From positions 1-41,145 of the IMG/VR virus record IMGVR_UViG_3300048080_000227: a stretch of 41,145 nt of DNA. One strand, given 5' to 3'. The notes beneath the pieces are model-generated. The model was not told where the DNA came from. It ran no database searches and saw nothing but the letters and a program-made list of their open reading frames with translations. Origin of the DNA: a virus (taxonomy: Duplodnaviria; Caudoviricetes). Positions 17,088 through 25,080 of this stretch are shown here, in pieces (the stretch's first letter is position 1; every line of letters starts with the position of its first letter). The translations under genes were made by a program, and so were the position numbers.

Positions 17088-17512
17088 CCTTTGTCTTTGT
17101 CGGCGATCACGGCGCGGCAGGCTTCGGATGATTGCCTGAGAGCGCGCGCGGCGGCAGCGGCAATATCGCTGCTGCCTTCATCAATGCCCTGCGCCCTTCG
17201 GTATAACTCATCCGCCAGCGCCGACAGCAGGGCGCGGGCTTCTGACGATTTAGCATCGCACGGAACGAATGGATTTTTTGCAGGCCATACCGCACCAGTG
17301 CCGGACGAGTAGCCAACGCTCGGCTCGGCCATCATCCGGTTCCATGCGGCGTCGGCGAGGGCTTGGGTTTTCAGCGGTGGAGTTCGAGCATCGCAACCGC
17401 GACACTCCACACTGAATAAACCGGGTTTTCGCGCCCATCTGTCCGCTCTGCCCGATTCGCACAGGCACTTCGCAAGCATCGCGCTCTCAGGAGTTGTGGG
17501 GTCGGTGGGCAT
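17084..17512 (-). CDS. Protein with N-terminal Lar-like zinc finger
   Basis: LAKCLC...VECRGC...AAWN. Confidence 0.6.
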   Translation of the reverse strand: MPTDPTTPESAMLAKCLCESGRADRWARKPGLFSVECRGCDARTPPLKTQALADAAWNRMMAEPSVGYSSGTGAVWPAKNPFVPCDAKSSEARALLSALADELYRRAQGIDEGSSDIAAAAARALRQSSEACRAVIADKDKG

Positions 17513-17514
17513 GG

Positions 17515-17715
17515 TTATTCCTCAAGGTCAACGGCCAGCACCGGATTCACTACGGGTTCAGCCAGCAACTCCGGCAACGCCTTCTGGAGTTCTTCGATGG
17601 TGCGGAAGACGGCGATCTCCGGCGGGTATTGAGTGAACCCCGCTTGAGCGCCTCGATAATCCAATGGCTTCACAATCCACCCGTTGCTGACTTGTTCGAT
17701 GAGCAGGGTTTTCAT
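17515..17715 (-). CDS. Hypothetical protein (IEQVxNGWIV motif)
   Basis: Common phage motif; ATGA coupling. Confidence 0.65.
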   Translation of the reverse strand: MKTLLIEQVSNGWIVKPLDYRGAQAGFTQYPPEIAVFRTIEELQKALPELLAEPVVNPVLAVDLEE

Positions 17716-18302
17716 GGCGTCTTGAGCTTGTCGCCGTGTTTTTTTAGCCAGTCTGACAGGCGGCAATAATTGTCACTGTTGCACGGGTCTTTGCCGAGCG
17801 CGACAGCCCAGGCGTCCAGCGTTACCATTGCGCCTTGCGCGGCTTCAATCGCTTCCTGTGCCGGAATCCACCCACGGCCGGCGTCGGCGAGTCGCGCGTT
17901 AATGTCCTCCGCGATCTTGAAAGCCTGATGCTCCGACGGATGATTGGCTCGGAGAACCACGGCCAGACTGCGAACGCGGGCGCACCCCGCCTCGCTCTTG
18001 TCAAGCCGGTCCCCTATCTCGGCAAGGGTGAGATTCACAAGGGAGATTTCTTCATTGCTCTTGGCAAGCCGTTCCCGCAGTTCTGCCATCTGGTTCCGAA
18101 GATTCTGGTTCGAGCTCGCGGTCATGCCGCACTTGCACAGCGCAAAAAAGTCTCGCTGGTAGCCACAGACAGAACACGTCTCCAAGGTCTGCTTTAAGAT
18201 TTGTTCCCGCAGTTCCGCCGTGGCTTCGTTCACGATTTCATTTACTTGTGCCATTACTCTGTTGCTCGCCGATCTACCGGCAATCTCAAATGCTTCACTC
18301 AT
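17712..18302 (-). CDS. Coiled-coil protein with Zn ribbon
   Basis: CSVCG...CKCG; heptad repeats. Confidence 0.65.
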   Translation of the reverse strand: MSEAFEIAGRSASNRVMAQVNEIVNEATAELREQILKQTLETCSVCGYQRDFFALCKCGMTASSNQNLRNQMAELRERLAKSNEEISLVNLTLAEIGDRLDKSEAGCARVRSLAVVLRANHPSEHQAFKIAEDINARLADAGRGWIPAQEAIEAAQGAMVTLDAWAVALGKDPCNSDNYCRLSDWLKKHGDKLKTP

Positions 18303-18305
18303 AAT

Positions 18306-18554
18306 TCAGTCCCCACGGTAGGCCCGCTCCGCCTCCCACTCTTTGAGTTCGGATTCGGCTTTTTCAGCCCTCGCGTGCATCGCTTCAAGGGCGCGGTCCA
18401 GTTCCATGCACTTGATGCGTTTGGCGTCGAGTTGTTCCCGCAGTTCCGCCGTGGCCTCGTCGATGGCTGATTGTACGCACTCCCTCAAAGTCATATCATT
18501 CGCATCGTGGCGGCGTAACAGCCACTTTCGGGCGATGTCGGTTGGTTCACTCAT
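18306..18554 (-). CDS. Coiled-coil protein, partial paralog of 17712-18302
   Basis: Shared EATAELREQ and shared start context. Confidence 0.65.
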   Translation of the reverse strand: MSEPTDIARKWLLRRHDANDMTLRECVQSAIDEATAELREQLDAKRIKCMELDRALEAMHARAEKAESELKEWEAERAYRGD

Positions 18555-18559
18555 AATTC

Positions 18560-19125
18560 AAAGTCCCCACGGCCGGCTCGCCCCGAAGGGCGCTGGCTTG
18601 GCGTAAAGACGATTGGCGTTCCAAGCCTTGCCACCGACGCGCCGGTTCGCCGTGAGGAAAAGTGCGGGCCGTGAGCGCGATCTTTTGCAACTCCATCGGC
18701 CCGGATTGCGACGGCTCGATGTCCGTCCGGGGTAAGCCCCCGATTTACATACAGCCCGCGTACTGAACCCCACGGGTGGGGAAAGCGCGAGGCAACCACT
18801 GTCGCAGGTTGCCCGGTCGCGTCTGTCAGGCCGCATCCCGGTAAATGCTGTGCCTTGGAGGCCCACAGAAGGCCAATTGGGAAGCCCCGCTCTGCAAGGA
18901 GAGTTCAAATCCACAGGGCGGGGCTTGTGTACTTCCGCCGCGCTTATGAGGCAACCGGGGAGGTCGCCGCAGCGGAAAGGTTCCGCCATTCTCCGCTGGC
19001 GGATGCGTCTCGCCCTTTCGGGAAAGTATCGAGCGGCGTTGGCGGTCGATGGGCCGTTGCGCGTGCCGGGCCTGTCTTTCGGACACCGGACTGGCTCACT
19101 CACCCTGTTCAAGAGTCGCTCGAAA
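18560..19125 (-). ncRNA. Candidate structured RNA cluster B (~565 nt of consecutive stem-loop modules)
   Basis: Stems 18564-72/18650-58, 18664-69/18754-59, 18791-97/18807-13, 18882-94/18914-26, 19029-37/19115-23; minus-strand UUCG (18579-92) and GAAA (19013-22) tetraloops; overlapping ORFs look non-protein-like. Confidence 0.55.
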
Positions 19126-19126
19126 G

Positions 19127-19444
19127 TCATAAATTCCTCGCCGCGCCGAGCTTCCTCCACTTCGGGTCCGCGAAGCGCGCCGGTAACTGAAATGAAGTCG
19201 GCTCGGCCGGCTTTGGCCATTCCTGGTCGAACGCTACCATCAAATCCCGTACGTCTCCTGGGAATTTCCAGATCGGCTTTCGCCCGGCGAGCACTTCTAT
19301 CCGAGCGTCGTGATGCCAGACGTTCCAGATCAATCCGGTTGCTTCGGCCAGCGCCAGCGCGACGAGGCAATCATAGCACCCGCCCTTCTTGGCGCGGCCA
19401 ATCTGATCCTGAGTGACGGGCACTGTCACCCATCTCGGTTTCAT
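19127..19444 (-). CDS. Hypothetical protein, paralog of 20578-20850
   Basis: VTQxxI..G....CxVALAL..ATG...FD...PxSFxL shared. Confidence 0.7.
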   Translation of the reverse strand: MKPRWVTVPVTQDQIGRAKKGGCYDCLVALALAEATGLIWNVWHHDARIEVLAGRKPIWKFPGDVRDLMVAFDQEWPKPAEPTSFQLPARFADPKWRKLGAARNL

Positions 19445-19680
19445 AAAAGCTGCCTCACGCCCCAGCAGATTGCCACGGCGGCAAAGCCCAGCGCAAGAAT
19501 CCAGAAGGCGACGCAGGCTCGGAACTGCCACTGAAGGCGGTCGTGCTCGGAGCGTTCGGTCGGTGAAAGGTGATGAACGAGGCGCGTCAGGTCGTCGGGA
19601 TCGGGCCTTTTCTCGGCTTCAGGATGGTCGGGTATCATGTGGAAACCGAATTCGTCGGGAGGGGGGCGGGGTGTGCTCAT
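19441..19680 (-). CDS. Hypothetical protein with C-terminal TM segment
   Basis: ATGA-coupled; hydrophobic C-terminus. Confidence 0.55.
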   Translation of the reverse strand: MSTPRPPPDEFGFHMIPDHPEAEKRPDPDDLTRLVHHLSPTERSEHDRLQWQFRACVAFWILALGFAAVAICWGVRQLL

Positions 19681-19871
19681 ATAAATATGCGGGGGAATGC
19701 AATCAGAAGCAACAGGGGCAACAATGCAAACCACCCCAGGAACAGAAGCGCAATGAAGATCGGTTCGGATTCGCCGACCTGCCCCGCCTCGCACTTCTCG
19801 CAGACGTGCTTCCCGTCCGCCGGATTCAGAATCGGGCCGCCGCAGCATTGGCATCTCGTCGGGGCGCTCAT
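19677..19871 (-). CDS. Zn-ribbon plus TM small protein
   Basis: CQCCG...CEKC then hydrophobic tail; ATGA-coupled. Confidence 0.55.
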   Translation of the reverse strand: MSAPTRCQCCGGPILNPADGKHVCEKCEAGQVGESEPIFIALLFLGWFALLPLLLLIAFPRIFI

Positions 19872-20581
19872 ACTGGAAACGCTTGCAGCAGTTCGCCGTC
19901 CAGCAATTCGCCCGTTCCCGGATGCAACCCGGCGGATTGCTTGTGGAAAAAGGCGATGCCTGAATTCCAACAGCGATCTCGCATGGAACGCGCCCAGTTT
20001 TTGTCCTCTTTGCGAAACTTTGACCCGCTCTCGCCGCCATAGATTATCCAGTGCAGCCCGTGAAGCTCCAGATCGTCCAAAGGCCCGAGTGCAGGTTCGT
20101 AACTTACAAAACGGATGCGTGCCGGGATTCTTCGCAGGGCATTGGCACGCCATACGCCTTTGCTTTCGCTGATGCTCACTCCGAGCCACACGTTCAAGTA
20201 TCCCGGTCCCCAATCTGGCGGGAGACATTCAGGGATTCGGTCGGCGCGTTTGGTAAGCAGTTGCCAAGTGAGTGCCGGAGTGTCACGGATGAGTTGCCAG
20301 AGCCGAGGACGTTGCGCTTCTGCGGTCGGATGGTCCTCGGCCCAATCGCACATCGAGCCGCAGAAAACGCGGCTTGGTGCTTTTCGGTTCCAACGAATCG
20401 GCTCCTGCCAATGCTTGTCGCCGAATGTCCTGCGCCCTTTGCTTGGACCCCAGATGTCCAGACCGAGCCGGGTAGAAAACGAATCCGCGTAACAGTTAGT
20501 GCAGCCTGGATCAACTTTCGTACAACCCCACCAGGGATTAAAACTGTGATCCGTCCAAGCGATTGAGGTTTTGGCGCTCAT
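19868..20581 (-). CDS. Phage Gp37/Gp68 family protein (DUF5131)
   Basis: TxIxWTDxxFNPWWGCTKVxPGCxNCYA, QLLTKR, SYEPALG, WIIxGGESG, FFHKQ. Confidence 0.93.
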   Translation of the reverse strand: MSAKTSIAWTDHSFNPWWGCTKVDPGCTNCYADSFSTRLGLDIWGPSKGRRTFGDKHWQEPIRWNRKAPSRVFCGSMCDWAEDHPTAEAQRPRLWQLIRDTPALTWQLLTKRADRIPECLPPDWGPGYLNVWLGVSISESKGVWRANALRRIPARIRFVSYEPALGPLDDLELHGLHWIIYGGESGSKFRKEDKNWARSMRDRCWNSGIAFFHKQSAGLHPGTGELLDGELLQAFPV

Positions 20582-20850
20582 TTCAGCGTGAAGGAAAAGG
20601 GTTTCATTTTGCGCCGGTCTCGATCTGTGGACCCGTCGAACTGTTCGATGAAAGAAGACACCTTCAGTGGCAGATGTTTGCCGCGCAGTTCATCGTCGAA
20701 TGAAACCAGGTGGCTACTCTTGCAGCCATACTCGATAAAAACTCGCGCTGCTCTGCCGGTGGCCCGAGCAAGAGCAAGAGCCACCGGGCACGCCTTGCTG
20801 TCATGTAAACAACCTGTGCGGATGTCCTGTTTGGTGACTGTGATTTTCAC
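20578..20850 (-). CDS. Hypothetical protein, paralog of 19127-19444
   Basis: ITVTKQDIxxG...CPVALAL...FD...KPFSF. Confidence 0.7.
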   Translation of the reverse strand: MKITVTKQDIRTGCLHDSKACPVALALARATGRAARVFIEYGCKSSHLVSFDDELRGKHLPLKVSSFIEQFDGSTDRDRRKMKPFSFTLK

Positions 20851-21128
20851 TTGCCGTCCTCCCTCTGCGCCGTGTTCGGCGGTGGCTCCGTTTCTTTGCA
20901 TGGCCTCCCGTCTCGCTGGTTCAACACAATTACTGTCGCGTCGCGCGTTCTGCTCGCATAAAACCTCACCTTCTCATTCGGGAAAAGGAGATTGTAGACG
21001 CGCTGCAAATCAGATTCCGACCCGGCGATTACTAAAATCCCTCCGGCCCCTCCTTTCGAGTTGCGCAAGTTGAATTTGCTGGCGACCCCGGTGATAGCGA
21101 ATCCTCGCGATTCTCTGAGCGTGTTCAT
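20847..21128 (-). CDS. Hypothetical protein
   Basis: Coupled ORF. Confidence 0.55.
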   Translation of the reverse strand: MNTLRESRGFAITGVASKFNLRNSKGGAGGILVIAGSESDLQRVYNLLFPNEKVRFYASRTRDATVIVLNQRDGRPCKETEPPPNTAQREDGK

Positions 21129-21289
21129 TTTTCGTTTCTCTGCGCCGTGTTCAGCGCCGCGAGCGCCTGGCGCAAGCGCAAACGGATCAGCGCGGTGTCC
21201 TCCAACAAATCGTTCAGGATGAAAATGGCGACCGGCACGTTGGCTTTGCAGGGCTTCGGGCGCGTGGGTTTGCGGGGCCGGGTGGTCAT
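21125..21289 (-). CDS. 54-aa hypothetical protein
   Basis: Manual translation; ATGA-coupled at both ends. Confidence 0.5.
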   Translation of the reverse strand: MTTRPRKPTRPKPCKANVPVAIFILNDLLEDTALIRLRLRQALAALNTAQRNEK

Positions 21290-21507
21290 GTATTCTTGGA
21301 TTGTGGCTGCGCTTGCTCAATTAGCGTGCGCTCAATCTGAGAGGCGAACGCTCTCAGGACAAATGGCAGTTCTTGTTCTCGATGTTCCAAGTCGATGATG
21401 CCGGATGTTTCCGTGCGGAGCTTGTCTCCGAATTGCTTTCTCCATTCGAGCCGGACGTGAAGTCCAGGCACATATCCGATTGGCACAACTTCAAGGCTTG
21501 TCGTCAT
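21286..21507 (-). CDS. Hypothetical protein
   Basis: ATGA-coupled at both ends. Confidence 0.55.
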   Translation of the reverse strand: MTTSLEVVPIGYVPGLHVRLEWRKQFGDKLRTETSGIIDLEHREQELPFVLRAFASQIERTLIEQAQPQSKNT

Positions 21508-21671
21508 TTCTTCTTTCTTCGCTCGAGCACAGCGCGCTCGACGGCGCGGGCGATCCGGTTGTGCGCGTCTTGTGCGGATTTGCCTAAATCTTTCCATGCA
21601 CACCAGCCGGCTCCTTTGCTGTATTCCTCATACCCAATCTGCCCGAGCGACTTTTGCGGCGGCTTTTTCAT
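21504..21671 (-). CDS. 55-aa phage protein (KSLGQIGYEEY...WxDL...A.AV family)
   Basis: Manual translation; ATGA-coupled at both ends. Confidence 0.6.
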   Translation of the reverse strand: MKKPPQKSLGQIGYEEYSKGAGWCAWKDLGKSAQDAHNRIARAVERAVLERRKKK

Positions 21672-22043
21672 TCGAGTCGTTCAATCAGGATGTCAGCGCC
21701 TTCTTCGCCTTTCCTCACTCGCCGCCAGTTTCCGCAGGGCACGCCGATCCAGTCCAAGGAGTCGTCCAACGGCATTCGTGTAGCAATCCAGCAGAGTAGA
21801 GATGCCCCCGTCTCCATCGCGTGATCGTCTATCCGATATGCGGAGCGTAATTGTGATTCGATGGAGGCTGCGGCCTTCTTCATCCACGCCCGGTTGCGCG
21901 GATTCGTCAGGAACAGCACGCGGCTGTTTTTGAACGACGGGACGTGGCCAAGTCCCCGAATCGTCAGGCGCAGTGCGCTTGATCGTGGCGGCGCTGGCGT
22001 TTGGGAAGTAACGTCTGAGTTCATCTTTGCTAGTCCATTTCAT
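21668..22043 (-). CDS. RusA-like Holliday junction resolvase locus spread over two overlapping frames (21693-22043 and 21668-22024)
   Basis: Frame B: RRSRDGDG..STLLDC; frame A: VPSFKNS and LDDS...GADILIE. Confidence 0.55.
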
Positions 22044-22189
22044 TGCGATTTGCGTTTCACACCCCACACTCCACCACTTTCCTTGAAGCGCGTAAATCCG
22101 TAGTAGTACCGACGAGCCGAGGATTGACTTGCCCGACGGGTAGGAAGGAAATGGGGGCGTGAAATTTCATCCTGCCGAGCATCCACAAC

Positions 22190-22219
22190 CCCCGCCCGTG
22201 AGGTCAAGCACGGGCGGGG
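22190..22219. promoter_or_regulatory. 11-bp inverted repeat with a minus-strand TTGACC in its centre, at the second divergence point
   Basis: CCCCGCCCGTG-AGGTCAAG-CACGGGCGGGG; gene orientation switches here. Confidence 0.5.
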
Positions 22220-22229
22220 CTTCTAAACC

Positions 22230-22766
22230 ATGAATCTAATTAATCGTTTGATGGACTGGGGACACCGGCGCGTGGAATCCAGCGGTAGCGAGCCAGAATT
22301 CATCCCGCTTCGGCGCGATGAAATTCTCACGCTCCAAAGCGATATGCCGACGAAACCGCTCCGGGAAACCGCGCAAGATTGGCGACAAGCGCTCGGCATG
22401 AATCTTTTCGAGACGCCTTTCGCCGAGGAAATGCGTTGTCGGCAAGTCGAGCTTGAACGAGTGCCGTTCATCACTGAATTCGAGATTTCAGAACTGGCCT
22501 TGGCTGTTAGCGACCGCGCATGGCTTGATGACGCAACCCAGTTCCAAAAACACCGGCTTGAAACCCTTGTGTGCAGCGATACCACAAGGATCGAAATGCG
22601 ATTTGAATGGGACATCTGGGCGCGATGGAAGCGGGCGTTGCGGCTCACACGATGGTTTCCAATCCGCACTCGCACCGTCACGATTGATGGCCGAGTCCTG
22701 TATCCCTATCTCAAAGTGTCGCTGCCGAATAATCGCCATCATGTTAAATTTGCAATCCGAGACTGA
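22230..22766 (+). CDS. Hypothetical protein flanked by 19-bp direct repeats
   Basis: 178 aa ORF; CAAGCRCGGGCGGGGCTTC before and after. Confidence 0.65.
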   Translation: MNLINRLMDWGHRRVESSGSEPEFIPLRRDEILTLQSDMPTKPLRETAQDWRQALGMNLFETPFAEEMRCRQVELERVPFITEFEISELALAVSDRAWLDDATQFQKHRLETLVCSDTTRIEMRFEWDIWARWKRALRLTRWFPIRTRTVTIDGRVLYPYLKVSLPNNRHHVKFAIRD

Positions 22767-22790
22767 CAAGCGCGGGCGGGGCTTCCTGAA

Positions 22791-23051
22791 ATGAGCAGAC
22801 GCATCGGCATCCTCTATGGCTCGCCAAAGAAGCTGACGAACGCTCATAAGCTAGTCAGCTTTCACGAAATGAGGCGGGACAAGTTCGGTTGTCAGCCTGC
22901 CTACTACGTCCGGCTAAAAGTGCTCAACTGGCAGGCCCGCCAGAAACGGTTTCAAGGCGAGTTCGGGCTTACCGAAGCGATGGACGCAGCGCAGCCGCCG
23001 ATGGAAGGCGAAACATTTTTGAACACGGTTTACATCGACGATGAACCCTGA
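22791..23051 (+). CDS. Hypothetical protein
   Basis: 86 aa ORF in plus-strand operon. Confidence 0.5.
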   Translation: MSRRIGILYGSPKKLTNAHKLVSFHEMRRDKFGCQPAYYVRLKVLNWQARQKRFQGEFGLTEAMDAAQPPMEGETFLNTVYIDDEP

Positions 23052-23095
23052 CTAGACATCGCGCTGCGGCCGGGTACGCAGGAGGAATTGATCCC

Positions 23096-23560
23096 ATGAA
23101 GATTAAAGCAATCAGCCTTTGGCAACCGTGGGCGACGCTCGTGGCAATCGGCGCGAAGCATTACGAGACGCGGCACTGGCCGACTGGCTATCGAGGGCCA
23201 TTGGCGATTCACGCAGCGAAACGATGGACACCCGAGCAGGGGGATTTATGTATCACTGAACCTTTCCGCACCGCTCTCCGTGGATTTCATTTGCGGCTTC
23301 CGCTCGGCGAACTTCTTGCTATCTGCGATCTGGCCGGTTGTTTTACCACGAATTATCCGCCGCCTGGAATCAGCGGGGATGAGATCGCCTTTGGGGACTG
23401 GTCGCCGGGCCGATTTGCTTGGCGACTCGAAAATGTCCGCTGCCTGACCCCGCCCATCCCGTGGAAAGGCAGCCAGGGCTTTTTCGAGGTTGAACTGCCC
23501 CTCTCGCCCTCTCGCCCGCCCGAGCAAACGGAGTTGAAGCCTGCCGCTGGCGAGTTGTGA
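23096..23560 (+). CDS. ASCH domain protein
   Basis: KAISLWQPWATLVxxGxKxxETRxW.TxYRGPLAIHA...GxQGFF. Confidence 0.93.
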   Translation: MKIKAISLWQPWATLVAIGAKHYETRHWPTGYRGPLAIHAAKRWTPEQGDLCITEPFRTALRGFHLRLPLGELLAICDLAGCFTTNYPPPGISGDEIAFGDWSPGRFAWRLENVRCLTPPIPWKGSQGFFEVELPLSPSRPPEQTELKPAAGEL

Positions 23561-23572
23561 GAGGCGATTGAC

Positions 23573-23830
23573 GTGAGCCAACAACTCCACGCTGCCTTCA
23601 TTGCCGCCACCGTTTGTAGGTGGCTCCGCTGGCGCTACGGTGGCGACGTGTACGCGCTCAAGCCTCCGATAGGTTACAGCGAATTCTGTCCTAAACCCTG
23701 GTGGTTTATCGTCAGCTACTGGCCTCGGTTCTGGTGGTGGCGCTTAGAGACCGCTGCGTTCCGGCGATGGGGCCAGGAGATGAGGACACGCTGGGAGGAA
23801 GCTCGCCAGCGAGTTGTAAAAGGCGCTTGA
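23573..23830 (+). CDS. Trp-rich hypothetical protein
   Basis: GTG-start ORF filling the gap. Confidence 0.45.
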   Translation: MSQQLHAAFIAATVCRWLRWRYGGDVYALKPPIGYSEFCPKPWWFIVSYWPRFWWWRLETAAFRRWGQEMRTRWEEARQRVVKGA

Positions 23831-23983
23831 CATGAGCCGCCGATTTGAGAGAATCGGGGCAGCCGCCGCAAGCGACGAAACAGATGAACGGATTCTCAAC
23901 TACCCAAACGAGCCGCTTGCCGGGTCTTCCTCATCTGTACCCTCTTGCGGGCGGGCGGTTCGTTTGGGCAGTGGAGAATCTTC
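23827..23983 (+). promoter_or_regulatory. Putative promoter (TTGACA) plus structured leader of the replication genes
   Basis: 19-bp stem 23903-21/23950-68 with 3 G-U pairs; loop complementary to upstream 23866-72 and 23880-87; outer stem covers GAGAATC before ATG 23984. Confidence 0.6.
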
Positions 23984-24274
23984 ATGTCAGAGGCTAACAC
24001 GCGATTACGACGAGAACGGTTGAGACGCGCTCGTGTTCTCGGGACGCATACAAACGAGGAATGGCTTGCGATCAAAGCCGAGTTCGGTTTCAGATGCGTC
24101 CGCTGCGGACGCGAGGATTGCCATTTGGACAAAGACCATATCGTGCCTCTTTACCTCGGCGGTTCCGATTCGCTGGGCAATCTCCAGCCTTTATGCGCAT
24201 GGTGCAACGCTGCGAAAGGCCCGGAAACTTTCAACTGGTTAGAATTTCGGCGGTTGAATCCATTTGCCTTATGA
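23984..24274 (+). CDS. HNH endonuclease
   Basis: CxxC...DHIVP...GG...NLQPLCxxCNxxK. Confidence 0.92.
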   Translation: MSEANTRLRRERLRRARVLGTHTNEEWLAIKAEFGFRCVRCGREDCHLDKDHIVPLYLGGSDSLGNLQPLCAWCNAAKGPETFNWLEFRRLNPFAL

Positions 24275-25080
24275 AATCGCCAGCCTTTCAATGGTATCCG
24301 ACCGATTATCTGAGCAGCCAGCGCGTTCAGATGATGACCCTTGAGCAGGAGGGCGCCTACTGTCGCCTCCTCTGGTATTGCTGGCAGCACGGAACCATCC
24401 CGTCTGATCCAAAAGAAGCCGCCCGCCTGATAGGCAAGGGTGCTTCAACCACCCTTGCCAGGAGCGTGCTAGGAATGTTTTTGCCGGCGAAAATTCCGGG
24501 GAGACTGATGCATGACCGTTTACAGCAAGAAAGAGAGAAGCAGGAATTGTGGAGGCGTAAATCTTCTGAAGGGGGCCGTAAATCCGCAGAAATGCGCTCC
24601 AAGGGTGGTTCAACCACCGTTGGTAGGGTGGTTGAGAATTGCTTGCAACCAAACGCCAACTCTTCATCTCCGTCTCCGTCTTCGTCTCCTAAGAAGAGAG
24701 ACGTCGCTGTTTCACGCTTCGCGCCCCGCCCGACTGACGACCCGCTTGCCGGAACCATCGGCTTGCTCAAAGAACTCGGGACGGCGCTCTTTGGGCGCCC
24801 CACGGACCAGTGGCCAACCGAGCCGGAGCAACGCGCCGCGCTCGAAGTCGTCAAGCGCCCAGGCTGGGAGCAGGAGAAGGCAACGATTCTGACGTTCGGC
24901 GCTACTGTTGCCCCGGAGGATCGTCGTTTTGAGTTTCCCAAAACCTTGTTCAAGCTCCTCGACGAATGGAGTTCGACGCTCGACAAGGCCCGCACCTACC
25001 AGCCCGTTGTCCGCGCCGATCCCCGTGCCGAGGCAGACCTGAACTCCAAAAAGCAATTCATCCGTGCCATGTTCCAATGA
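24271..25080 (+). CDS. DUF1376/YdaU-family replication initiator (replisome organizer)
   Basis: PAFQWYPxDYL...MTLEQEGAYxRLLxxxW...GGRKSA; Ser/Pro linker. Confidence 0.85.
   Translation: MKSPAFQWYPTDYLSSQRVQMMTLEQEGAYCRLLWYCWQHGTIPSDPKEAARLIGKGASTTLARSVLGMFLPAKIPGRLMHDRLQQEREKQELWRRKSSEGGRKSAEMRSKGGSTTVGRVVENCLQPNANSSSPSPSSSPKKRDVAVSRFAPRPTDDPLAGTIGLLKELGTALFGRPTDQWPTEPEQRAALEVVKRPGWEQEKATILTFGATVAPEDRRFEFPKTLFKLLDEWSSTLDKARTYQPVVRADPRAEADLNSKKQFIRAMFQ

Noticed and set aside
18880-18930. tRNA gene (GTTCAAATCC T-loop-like sequence)
   Set aside because: No D arm, anticodon arm or acceptor geometry; it is a single hairpin
18558-19370. 270-aa minus-strand ORF
   Set aside because: Arg/Pro/Gly-rich with no motif; 5' part overlaps a better gene; region better explained as structured RNA, though not formally excluded
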